Under the pieces are notes generated by a model. The model was not told the origin of the DNA and did not search any database. It saw nothing but the letters and a program-made list of their open reading frames with translations. This document shows, piece after piece, positions 50,061-64,000 of a DNA stretch of 64,000 nucleotides (positions are counted from its first letter, which is position 1; the number at the start of each line of letters is the position of its first letter). The stretch comes from the human T2T-CHM13v2.0 reference genome, Homo sapiens, in NCBI RefSeq assembly GCF_009914755.1, contig NC_060942.1, one strand, 5' to 3'. The translations under genes and the position numbers were made by a program.

Positions 50061-51707
50061 TACTTTCTTCTTTGTGCTTCTTATGTTTGAATTTTTCATT
50101 TAAATTGTTAGTTTTATAATCAGAAAAATAAAAAAAGATTATTTTCACTTTATAAAAACTGTTGATAAAATGTAAGAACTCTCCTTACGGAAGTTCACTT
50201 CCAGGTTTGTTAGGTATACTTAACCTCAGTCTCTCTTTCTCTCTCTGTCTCTCTCTTAAAATTCCCGTTGTTCTTTTTCTTTTTAAAAATGAGTGACATT
50301 AACCATTCTTTCACACATTTAAACTCTACTTTTTTTTTTCTTTTTGTTTGCTTCTTCAACTTTGTTTCGCTTCACCCGAGTCAGTTCAAACCTCAGGCCC
50401 TTGGCATCCTCTACAGTGGCAGACTGAAGACTTGGAAATCTTCATCCCAGCCATATACACCCACCACCATCATCTAGGATGTTCCTGACCTTTATTTTAC
50501 ACTGTACTTTGGGGGTTTCTCAGAATCCAGGGACCTCTGGACTCATCTTGACAGCAAACAACATCATAGGCTTCAGTCCTTCCTTGAACTTTTCTCTTCC
50601 TCATGAAAAGAAGACCTGTCTTATTTCTTCAGAGTTTTGCAAGAAGCTGGAGAGCTGATTGGCATATGCTAAGTTGAGTTAATGGCAAGTTGGGTATAAT
50701 GGTTTATGGGCTGTATCTCCTGGAGGATATATTTACATAGTTTAGAGTGGCTGGAAATACCCTAACCCTGGAGAGTGGCTGACAGATGGAAGGGACTTAG
50801 TTCATGAGGCAGGTCAGGGAGAGATCTTTTTGGCCAGGTATACTTTGAGTATCTTCCAAAGCCCACCTTATAGGCAATGACCTCTTCTGCCAAAAGATAG
50901 GACTGTGCAAACGCAGTGTGTAACTTCCTGAGTGACTGTGGTGAAGTCAGTCACATTTCATTCTAAGTAGTAAGTAATGCAATCATATTCCCTACAGTTT
51001 CTGAGGCCCCGCTGGGGCATCAGGGTCTCCAGGTGCCACTGCTAACACTAGCGGAAAATATTCTTTCGAAATTTCCTTTTGCTACAAATGAGAGATTTGG
51101 TGGCTATGGCAGAACAGTCTTTGGCCAACAGAGTTAGGAAATGGTTCAATGAGCACACTCTAGAGGAACCTGAAAGGCAGTGACATGGATAAGGGGGTTG
51201 AGTGAACCTGTTCCACTAATCTCTGAGAGCTCATGTGAGAACCGGCCTGAGGGAGGAGGTAACGTGAGACAGGAGTGACTCGAGAGGATCAGTAGTCACA
51301 GGCTTCCTGGTGTGAACTTTATAAAAACAGCACCCTCAAATCAACCATCCCCCTAGAAAAAAGAGGAATGAAAAAATCACCTTTTGGGGATGGTAAGCAG
51401 TAAGGTTTTAAGACTATGAGTAACAAAAATGTGTAGTGGGTAAGTTGAGGCAAGGAGAGAAAGGAGAGAGGAAGGAGCTGCTGGGTGCATTTCAAAGCTA
51501 TGCTAAGGAATTCAGGTTAAATATAACCAAACTCTTTCAAGCATCAGAAACTTCTCCCAGCCCCAACCTCTGCCAGTGGAATCTTACCAGGAGCCCAATA
51601 TATGAAACAGATCAAAGCGGAGATATTCTGTTTTATCTTGCTAACTTTAAAGTTCGTATTAGTAGAGCAGTTAGTAGAGGAAGCTCTAGAACTGAGCAGC
51701 CTCTTAC

Positions 51708-51892
51708 CTTCAGGTATACGTTTTTAATAGCCGCCTCATTGAGCCCTCGCCACTGGTCTTCTTTGGCCTTGGCCTCCTTCAAGTCCACGAAGTAACCAGT
51801 GACCGGAGTCCGCCCGGAGTGGACTGGCGGCTTCCACTGGAGAACCAGTGAGTCTTTCCTGACTTCACTACACTTGAGACTGTGCGGTGGTC
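51708..51892 (-). CDS. MYOM1: MYOM1 exon 21 (185 nt), FN3 N-half: GPPHSLKCSEVRKDSLVLQWKPP...EAAIKNVYLK
   Basis: Contained in ORF 51633..51962; tctctcag|GA, AAG|gtaaga; phase 1 to 0. Confidence 0.97.
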
Positions 51893-52231
51893 CTGAGAGA
51901 GAGAGAAGCCAATGAGTAGAAATCATAACAGAGAAAACTCGTCTCCACACGTTTAGAACCACTTGTAAGTCTTCAAGCTAATCTAACACTGGTGTTCTTT
52001 TTTCAAAATCTAGCTTTCCCATGAAAAATAAGTATTCTGTGGTCATTTCACAACGTTTTCGTACTGCTCTACATTAGCCCACTGAGTCCCTTTAAGGGTG
52101 GCAGGTAGGTAAGGCCACTCTGAGGTGCCTCTCAAAGGGTGGACCCAAAACTTCCCTTCAGGCCATTCTCTGGCCTGCATTAGTCTCAAAGACCTTTTAT
52201 TGGAACAGTTTGATTTAGCTGCAGATTCATA

Positions 52232-54008
52232 TTTTTTTATTTTTATTTTTAGACACAGGGTTTTGCCCTGTTACCCAGGCTGGAGTGCAGTGGTGTGATG
52301 GTAGCTCACTGTAACCTCGAGCTCCTGGGCTCAAGGGATCCTCTCACCTTAGCCTTCTGAGCAGCTGGACCTACAAGTGTGCACCACCACACCCGGCTAA
52401 TTTTTTAAGTTTTTATAGAGATAGGGTCTCGCTGTGTTGACCAGGCTGGTCTTGAACTCTTGGGTTCAAGTGGTTCTTCTGACTCAGTCTCCCAAAGTGT
52501 TGGGATTACAGGTGGGAGCCACCATATCTGGCACCCAGTTTCAGATAATTTTTGAGTGACAGCCTAAAATTTCCCCTTAATCTCAAATAGTATAAAGAAA
52601 GCAGCTCTATTTGATGGCATATGAATATAGAGAGTAATAGCTCTTTCAAAGGAAAAAGCATCACTCCCAATTGGAGGAAAATCTTCCCCGTAAAGAGTAT
52701 GCGCAGCCCACAAATGGGTAAAAACAAACGATAGGTTATGGTTTACAAAATCCTTTTACCAAATTAAATATAATCAATCCTATGGGCCCTGCATCTGCAC
52801 TAAATACTGCCAGGTACCTTACATACATTTATCTCCCTCTTCCTTAAGACAATTAACAGAAAGCTCAGAGAAGCCAAGACACTTCATAACCCTCTGCAGG
52901 GAGAAAGCCAAAATGTGGCCTGTATGAATGCTATTCACATTCTTGGCAAAGTCCAAACTACTAAGTGATTGCCTGTATCTTTGCATGACCACCAGCTGCT
53001 ACGCAGGTGAAAAAATTTATTTTTTCCTTTCCTTCTTTTTTTTTTAAATAACAACTGACATCTAGCCAACCAATCAAAATCACCTGAAGTGACTCACAGT
53101 AGCCTGAAAGCCAACTTGTAGAAGGACATACTCTGTTATGCCATGCTTTGGTGTTGTGTAATTGATAGTTCAATATTTGTTTGGCCCTTTACCTTGGCTT
53201 CATGGCTACAAATATGCGTCATGCTTGCCTTCCGATGTTTTGTATAAAGCTATATTTAAATATTAATACCAAATACCTCACACGAATGTGGCATGTTCTG
53301 TTTTGCAAAGGGCTTTTATAACCATGATCTTGTGTCATCCTGAGAACCCAGGGAGGCATCTAGATTGGGAGCAGTATCCCTGCCCTACAGATGAGGAACT
53401 ATGCTCTGCTGTTTCCTAGCAGCTCTAGTCTAGGGAAAAGCAGACCTAGTTTCCTACCCTAATTATGCTACTTGTTACCTCTGTGACCCTCTGGGCATCA
53501 TTTAACCTGAGTGTCAATTTTTTCATCTGTAAAACAGGATGACAAAACATTCTTATTGCTTTCTTCCATAAGGGATTTCTTGAAGTGAGACTTGCTTTAC
53601 ACTACTCAGTAAGTCAAGGATGGGACTGAGAAGCCAGGATGTCAGGAGGGTGGAGGGCTGCCCCCTCCATTTCTTCTCTAAGTTGACAGCGCTCACCTGC
53701 AACCTTTCTTTGTCAACTGCATCACTTTTTTTTTAAAGACAGACAGAGCCTCACTCTTATCCAGGCTGGAGCACAGTGGTGTGATCACAGCTCACTGCAG
53801 CCTTGACCTCGTGAGCTCAAGCAATCCTCCTAAGTAGCTGGGACTACAGGCATGCACCATCATGCCCAGCTAATTAAAAAACATTTTTTTAAGAGATGAG
53901 GCCTCACCACGTTGCCCAGCCTGGTCTTGAACCCCTGGGCTCAGGCAATCCCCCTGCCTCAGCCTCCCAAAGCACTGGGATTACAGGAATGAGCCACCGC
54001 ACCCAGCC
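52232..54008 (-). mobile_element. Two separate AluJ-like copies (52232-52537, 53726-54008)
   Basis: Alu consensus; unique sequence between them. Confidence 0.88.
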
Positions 54009-55243
54009 AACGACATCACTTTTGATCAAAAAAAATTTCTACAGGCCTGCTCGGAATTTCTTAGTCTCTAGTCGATTGCATTTCACTTTACTCAGGAATT
54101 GCAAGAATTTGAAAATAGACCCACTTTTATGCAGGTGGCAGAAAGGACTTAAGAAATACCAACTGGCCTCAAGGAACTGCAAGGAAAGAGCAATGTGTTT
54201 GTCTCTCTCTATTTGCTGAAGTCGAGAGAGCACCTGAACTGCTCTTGAGTTTCTCTTGGAATCTTGTTATTCACACCTGACAGAGAAGTTCAGCAAAGGC
54301 AACGTGATGGTCTTCAAGGGCAAAGGGTTTCAAACAGAGGAAGCAAGAGGCACCAGGGACATAAAATCACCCCCCGCATACCTTACTATTGCTAGTTTAA
54401 ATCTTAACGGCTTAGTAAATTTGCATTCAATTTTTATTTTATTTTATTTTGTCTTTATAACTCTGTAAGAGTTACAAGCAAGGTAAGTTTCCCCCAGCCC
54501 CATCCTCGCCCCACTTCCCACTTTCTTCCCTGCCCACCCAACCACTCCCTATGATGACCTCTGAAGAACAGTATTTGCCAGGTTCCAGGAAATTTCTTCT
54601 GGCTCAGAGTTTGGAAAATGCTTAGAGAGAAAGGGCTGGAAAAGTCAGTGCAGAGAGGCAAGCGGAGAGAGGTCAGCCTTAAACCCTAGACAGGTGTACG
54701 AAATCCATCCATGTGATATGATGAAGAGCTGGGAGGAGGGAGAAGGAGAGCCTAAGAAGCCACATAGCTTGGGTATGGAGGGAGAGATTTTGGGGGGCTA
54801 ATAAATGAGAACCTTCCCAGCAGCATAACAATATATGAGAACAAAGAAGTGCAGGGAGAAGTGTTTGAGAAATTTTGCTGTGGGATATAAATTGGATAAC
54901 CTTTAAGTGGCCTTTCAGAAGCAAAAACAAAGATTGGAATTCCTTTTAAACATTCATTTGCACTCAAGCCGGCTGCCTGTGCTAATCCTACTCCTCGCAC
55001 AGGCTGAGCGATGAGGGCTCTAGGATTTACTGGGAACACAAGCATAAGGAATTTATACTCAGTTTTACATTGCTACCTATTATTTAATATTATCATTAAA
55101 ATATTTTAGGTAAACACAAGGGGCCAAGAGAATTCTTTTCCCTTAAATATTGACCATATAGTACTTTGAATTTCATTCCAGGTTGTAGGTTCTCTTGGAG
55201 GAAATTCCGAGGTGCGGTGTGGAGGCAGGTGTCTGTGGTTTAC

Positions 55244-55370
55244 CTGGGACGGCGATGGTCCACTCTTCACATTTGAAGCATTCGCTTACTGCGGAGGGCG
55301 CGCCCAGCCCAGCCATGTTCATGGCTGCCACTTGGAACTGATACACCATGTTTTCCTTCAAGTTGCTAAT
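55244..55370 (-). CDS. MYOM1: MYOM1 exon 20 (127 nt): ISNLKENMVYQFQVAAMNMAGLGAPSAVSECFKCEEWTIAVP(G)
   Basis: Contained in ORF 55173..55391; ttgcag|ATT, G|gtaaac; phase 0 to 1. Confidence 0.97.
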
Positions 55371-55459
55371 CTGCAACATTGACAACATCACAGATACTGA
55401 ATGTTCCAGGTTTGTTTTTTTTTTTCTACTTGTTGAACATTTTATTTATTTACCTTCCA

Positions 55460-56084
55460 TGTCAGACACACCCTAGGGTGACCCTCAATGAGTCACACCC
55501 CTTTTGTAATCTCCTGGGTGTGGATGAAACCGTGACCTCCTTGTAGCCTACAATAGAATGTGGCAAAGGGATTGGGAGATCAAGTCCTGTGATTGTGTCA
55601 CCCCATATGGCAAAGGAGAAAAGATATTATAGATTAGGGTCCCTAGTCAGCTGATTTGAGGTTAATTAAAAGGGAAATTATCCTGGATGGGCCTGATGTT
55701 ATCAGGTAAGAACTCTTACAATGGGGTTCGGGCCCCTCCTAAAGAAAAACATGGTGCCAATGGCCTTGAGGAGGTAAATGTCACACTGAGAGCTGCCTAC
55801 CCACTCACATTTGGAGAAAGGCAACATCTAGGAGTGGAAGCCTCAGCCCTACAGCTGCAAGGAACTGAATTCTGCCAACAACCTGAGCGGGCTTGGAAGA
55901 GGAACTCAACATGAATGTGGCCCAGCTGATAACCGGATTGCAGCCCTGTGAGATCCTGAACAGACGACCCTGCAACGCCGTGCGCAGACCCCTGACTCAA
56001 GGACACCGTGATACAACAAATGTGCATTGTTTTCAGCCACCGAGTCTGTGGTAATTTGCTATGTAGCAATAGAAAGCTAGGGCA
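55460..56084 (+). mobile_element. MaLR LTR (MLT1E/F-like)
   Basis: Typical MLT1 motifs ggaactgaattctgccaacaacctgag and 3' tgtggtaatttgctatgtagcaatagaaagcta. Confidence 0.8.
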
Positions 56085-57072
56085 TGTACAGGTGAAATTT
56101 AAACGAGTTCTAAGCTAGGAATCAAAATGCTCAAGTTCTCATAATGTTTCTGCTCTTTACTGAGTGACCTAATATTTTCCGTATCACTCAGTAGGAACTG
56201 GGTTGTTGTGAGGGTAAATATACATGACAAAATAATAAATGTTAAAACATTTGCAAAATAGAAGTGATGGAATATATTAGTGTGAAAAACATTTGTAGGA
56301 AGCAGCAAACTATAAAATATGTAAAATGTGACCGACAAGAGATGGAAAATACAGTAAGAAAAAAATAACAGACATTTTCAACAGAGTATCAGATGCAAAA
56401 GAAGAGAGAGTTTGTAAACTGACAGAAAGTCAGAAGAAATTACACAGAACATGATGTGGAAAGACTCAAAAATGGGAAAGAGAGAAAAGTTGATTAATAG
56501 ACATGGAAGATAGAATGAGAACATCAAACATATGTTTAATTAGTTTTGGGAGAAGTGCAGAGAGAGAGAAAATGAGGGAGAAACAATATTTTAGGAGATA
56601 CAGAATTTTCTAGAAAGATCTTCTGAAAAATCCAACCCACAGATGAAAAATCCTCTGCCCCCTAAAATCCCGGGTAGATACATCTTTTTTAAAAACCCAC
56701 ATCTAGACCTATAGTATTTTAAGTATAGCACACCAAAGATAAAGTGAACATATCAAAAGCTGTCCAAGAAAAAAGGCAAATTACCCTCAAACAAGCAAGC
56801 AGACCAAGAGTTGAATGTCAGCGGCAACAATGGGCCAGAAGATGGTGCAATTACATCTTCAAAGCACTTAATTAAAAGCAAATAAAATGGTAAATATATT
56901 GGTAAGTTGAATCTATAAAACAATAATCACATTGCTGTTTGGATTTTAAAAAGAATTAAAACACAGACACATACATACACAATAGCATACAAGTTGGGAA
57001 AAAGGTAAAGGGGTAAAGTTTTTAAGGCCCTTCTGTTTCTGAGACAAGAGTAAAACAAATGAAATAACTTCA

Positions 57073-57576
<504 letters not shown>

Positions 57577-59188
57577 TCAGTAATAGCAAACAAATGACAA
57601 AGACTGTCAGGGAGGAAAAACACAAAATTTAACTCCGTGCTATTTTTAAGAGACACATGTAAAGCAGAAAGTTTCAGAAAGATAGAAAGTTAAAGGATGA
57701 AAAGCTACATACCATGCAAAAGTCACCCCACCCCAAAACCCTAGTGTATCTATGGTAATAACAGGCAATATAGACTTTAAGGTAAAATGTATTCATAATG
57801 GTAAAGAGTCACTTTGTATCCATTTAAAAATATCACTTCAAAATTCATAAGGCAACATTTTAAATGAGTGAACTTTATGATGTGTGAATTATATCTTAAT
57901 AAAGGGAGACTATCCTGCATTTTTTTCCTTCCTGTACTATCCTTGTCAGATATTAGTATTAAATTAATTCTAGTCTCAGAATAATCTCACTCATGAACAT
58001 AGAAGCAAAAATCCTAAACGATAATTGGCAAACAAAATCCAGGTGATATAAACAGAGTATATATAGTATCCAAGTTGAATTTATTCCAGGAATGCAAGGT
58101 AGTTTTAACATTAGACAATTACTAGAATATACCAAATTATAATAAAAGGGAAAAAAATCATATAATCTTCTCAATAGACCCCAAAAATGTTTTTGATAAT
58201 TTTAATTAACTGTTGGCAAACGGGGAATAGAAGGAAACTTCCTTTAACCGATAATAGATGTCTACAAAACACCTGTAACACACAATACAGTATTTAATGG
58301 TGAAATGTTGTAAAATTTCCCTTTAAGATAACTATCAAGCCTAGAATGACCAACATCACCACTTTAAAAAAAAAGAAGAAAATCTGAGACGGTGTCGTGC
58401 TGTGTTGCCCAGGCTGGTCTTGAACTCCCGGGTTGAAGCAATCCACCGCCTCAGGCTCCCAAAGTGCTGGGATTACAGGTGTGAGCCACCATGCCCCCAG
58501 CACCACCACTTTTATTCAATATAGTGCTAAAGTCACTATGCAGAAAGTAAGGTAAGAAAATGAAGTAAAAGTTATAAAATTTGGAAATGAAGTAAATTGC
58601 CACTATTTGCAGATGATATGAATATACATAGACTCCAAAAGAACTTCAAGGTAACATTCAAATTATTTAAAAAATTTAACAAAAGACTACATATAATAAT
58701 TATATGTGAAATCAATATATAAAAGTTATATTTCTCTTTACTAGCAATAAAAACTGATATAAAAATATACTGAAAATATATCGTCTCTATTAATAAATAA
58801 CAAATGATATACAAACCTCTGTAGAGAATCGTAAAACTTTAATAAGAGGCTTTAAAAAGACCAAAACGAATGAAGAAAAATAACATGTTCATGGATTAGA
58901 AGGTTCAATATTTTTTAAATGTCAATTATTCCTTAATTTTTTTACAGATTCAATGCATCCTCAATCAGAATTCTAATGGGTTTAGTTGGGTTGAATGTAA
59001 GTTTTTTTATTGTTGTTTTCTTTTGTTTTGTCTTACTTATTATTATTACTATTTTTTTTTTTTTGGTAGAACTTGGGACCCTAATACTTAAATTTATATC
59101 AAGTGCAAAGGGCTAAGAGTAGCTCTGGAAAAAGAATAAACCAGGAGAAGCTGATCTATCAGTCATCAACTTTACTATAAAGCTATAA

Positions 59189-60004
<816 letters not shown>

Positions 60005-60852
60005 CCAAACTTTTCAATAGATAATGCTGGGACAACTATGTCTCTGTGGGGGGGGGTTAATTTTGATGCTTAACTCACAGCATATAAAAATATAAAGGTG
60101 AATTAATGACAGAAATGTAAGTGGCAAAATAGTATAGCTTTTAGAATGTAATCAACTACAGTACCTCCATGATCTTGGAATAGAGAAGGCATTTCACCAC
60201 AAAGGCACAAAAATCACTAAGGACAAAGCATATGTTAGTAAATATGACTACAATGAATTTGACATTAAAATTAAAGTCAGAGAAGATGTATGCGACTTAC
60301 AGACCTGCAAAGGATTTCTACTCATAACATGTAAAGAACTTTGCAAGTCAACAAGAATGCATTAGAAAAATGGGCAAAAACCTTGAACAGGCATAAAAGA
60401 GGATATCAAAATGGACTGTGTACATAGGAAAGGATGTTCAAACTCATTTGACACTCAGATTGTCAAAGCTGAAAATGTGTGAATAGACCAAGTGTTGGCA
60501 AGGATGCAGAGTGATGGGAATTCTCACACACTCTTCAGAAGACAGTATGGAATTATCTAGTAAAGTGGAAGATAAACAGACCCCCTGACCCAGCCATTCT
60601 ACATTTAGGTGATCACCCAGAGAAACTGGTGCACATATGTAGCAGCAGATAGATGTATACAAAATTGTTCATAGCTACTTTGCTTGATGTAGCTAAAAAT
60701 GCAAAAATACCCAAATAGCAATAAGAATTGAATGAAAGAATATATTGTGATATGACCACATAATGGAATACCATACCATATAGCAATGAAAAAGAATGAG
60801 TTATAGCCACATGCACTAACAGGGAAGAATCTTAAAAATACAATTTTGTATA

Positions 60853-60953
60853 GGCGCAGTGGCTCACGCTTGTAATCCCAGCACTTTGGGAGGCTGAGGT
60901 GGGCAGATCACTTGAGGCCAGGAGCGAAACTCCATCTCAAAAAAAAAAAAAAA
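60853..60953 (+). mobile_element. Internally deleted Alu
   Basis: 5' end joined directly to cgaaactccatctc-poly(A). Confidence 0.85.
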
Positions 60954-61355
60954 GCAACTTTGTTTTACGCATTCTCAGCATGTGTGTGATATTTCATAAA
61001 TTTCAAATGTTAAATTAAAAGAGCATGGTGTTGAGTTGGGGCAGCTGTCATCCCTGGCCTCACCCTGCTCTGAACCCTCATGGCAGAGGATTCTGTGAGT
61101 GTTAAGAGGTGGTAGCTTGGATGTAGCTGATGAAGCTCTAGAGAAGAAAGTCATCAGCTAAGGCAACAGTGAGACTGTTCTGGTTCTCTTATGTGACCTG
61201 AGCAGTGGAGGCCCCCATGTAGAGGAGAACACATGTGAGGCCACCCTTTGTGGCCATCAAGCGACTATAACAAGCACCACTTCACAGCTGGTGAGCTGAG
61301 TCTAGCCATCAAGCCCATGTCCCTTCATCCGCTGTAATTTGGACACTGAAAGTTA

Positions 61356-61660
<305 letters not shown>

Positions 61661-62076
61661 AAAGTTAAAAATCCAGAGTGTCATTAAATCCTGGGAATCT
61701 TTTTTTTTTTTCCCCCTCAACTTGAGGGCTGCAGAAGGATCCTGGGACTCTTGAGGCTAGTGGCATATTAATTGTAGATATTTTGTAAGTTTTGAAAAAA
61801 AAATTAGTTTGTACAGTAAGCGCACATTTCATAGTAAATATTCTAGGAATTTATTATGCTTATGTGTATGGATCAGAAAATATAAATCCTGCCTGGTTAG
61901 CCAAACTACTTGTATTCACCACAGTATATTTTTCACAAGACTCATGCCACTGCAGACAATGGACTCTGGAGAAATGACGTGACTCTCTTACAAGGTGCTG
62001 GGTGTGTGCCTGCCTGGGCGTGCAAGCATAGCGTCATACATAGGACACGCCACACTACAGAAAGTCACGTGCTTAC

Positions 62077-62273
62077 CTTGTATGCCTCCTCACTGACAGC
62101 CTTGACATTGGCTTCTCTCCATTTTCCTGGTACCCCATCAATGACCTCGCGATAGTTCACATAATAGCCAGTAATTTCTGCCCCTCCAATCTTATCTGGT
62201 TGCTTCCATCCAAGAACCATTGAGTCACGAAAACTTTCAAGACAGGTGATATCACAGGGTGGAGATGGTGGTG
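62077..62273 (-). CDS. MYOM1: MYOM1 exon 19 (197 nt), FN3 domain N-half: APPSPPCDITCLESFRDSMVLGWKQPDKIGGAEITGYYVNYREVIDGVPGKWREANVKAVSEEAYK
   Basis: Manual translation matches myomesin-1; acceptor gctacag|CA, donor AAG|gtaagc; phase 1 to 0. Confidence 0.97.
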
Positions 62274-62658
62274 CTGTAGCAATATGAATAGCTTGTGAGT
62301 AGGCAGAAATGCATTTATGATTCTATATATAAACATTTCCATGGGTGCCACATATGAGGGCACTAGATCTTGCAGTATAAAACTAAAATTCGAGGCTGAT
62401 GAACTTGGCATTGAACTTGGTGAATGCAATGGACACAGTAAAAAGTACACTACAATTATTATTCCAAAGATAAAATGAACCTGTCCTAGCAAAATGGTAC
62501 AATACCCTGAAAGAAAATGATTCTTTTCCCCATAAGAAGAAATATTTTTCCCAAGGTATAATTTTTGTTTCTTTATGTGGTTTAGTTTTCATTTGTTCCC
62601 TGATGAAAATGGAATGTGTATATCAATTTCTGCTGCAATTTGCTTATTCAGAATTTCC

Positions 62659-62663
62659 ATATA

Positions 62664-62699
<36 letters not shown>
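62659..62699. repeat. (AT)n followed by poly(T) Alu tail
   Basis: Direct reading. Confidence 0.9.
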
Positions 62700-62983
<284 letters not shown>

Positions 62984-64000
62984 AGAATTTCCATATATTT
63001 CTCAAATGGTTAGCCTTTCACCATTCAGGCACACTTACCCTTGTGAGACCTTACAACTACACAACTCTGTCTGCACACAAGAAAAAAATTTACTCTAGAG
63101 CTCAGCTAAATGACAGCTTTAGAAAACATTTTTAAAAAACAGACACAATCTGCTATGTGACTTTCTCTTAGTGTATAATACTTTTATCACATTATTTTTA
63201 ATCTGATGTTGGAATATTTTTCATGTGGTACAATACTATACAGCTGTCACCATGTTTATCAGTGCTTAGCTAGAAAAATATCTGGAGGATATTTCAAAAG
63301 TCCTCCTTCATTTATGTGGCTTTGCTGATCAGCTTTTCACTCAACTACTGAAATTACAGTTTTCAATGAAGAGAGGGGGTGAAGTGGTGGAAAGAAATAC
63401 ATCTAGATATGCAATAACATCGAAGAGAATTTTCTGAATGTTTATTTGGATTATAGGAGATAAAGAAACTATCTCATTCTTACCCAAAAAGAGTATCAGA
63501 AGAATGAAGGCTTTTAAAATAAAATACATTTATCTCTTCTCCACTTACCAACCTCCTTTATTCCTCACATTTTAAAAAAGCTTTCTCTCTCTCCCTCTAT
63601 TTCAGAGCATTGTTGAATATGTGCTCTCAAATGAATATCTCCTCTCGAGTTGAGGGACAAAGAAAGGTGTCATAAAACAGAGGAGGTTATAGAAGTTGGG
63701 GTGGGGTTAGAAAAAAGAACTGGATGAGAGGCATTTAAAAATTTATCAGCACATGTGCTTCAGTTCATTGTTGTTTGATAGGAAAAACAATGTCTCCTAG
63801 GATATATTAGCCACAGGTACCAAATATCCTAATCAGATCATTCTTAGCCTACTGATAAATCATCTTAAATAAATCACTTCTGGGAATGAGGATCATATAT
63901 CATACAATATAGCTATATGTGATTATAATTTTAACTTTTAAACTTTTCATGGTAACTCAAAGATATATTTATAGCTGTTTTTTTCTTTTCTTTTTTCATT

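Overview
Human-type genomic DNA containing the 3' half of MYOM1 (myomesin-1, sarcomeric M-band protein) on the minus strand. Nineteen coding exons were read directly (62273 down to 3370; exons 19-37 in the usual 38-exon numbering). All have AG/GT boundaries and consistent phases. They encode the last two FN3 domains, Ig domains My9-My12 with their helical linkers, and the start of My13. The alternatively spliced EH exon and the last exon lie outside the window. Introns hold about 54 Alu copies or fragments, L1/MIR remnants, four solo LTRs, several DNA transposon MITEs and a U7 snRNA retropseudogene. Nearly all long ORFs in the supplied track are Alu, L1 or tandem-repeat artefacts. The most notable unexplained structures are a perfect 101-bp inverted repeat inside a solo LTR, a near-perfect 3x69-bp tandem repeat, a diverged ~140-bp duplication flanking exon 37 with an intact ETS+CArG core, two tiny poly(A)-tailed retrocopies with target-site duplications, and a modular exon design in which each elastic helix is its own phase-symmetric unit. 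I see no evidence of a wholly new multi-gene system. Repeat family names are from recalled consensus sequences, not a RepeatMasker run, and repeat boundaries are approximate.
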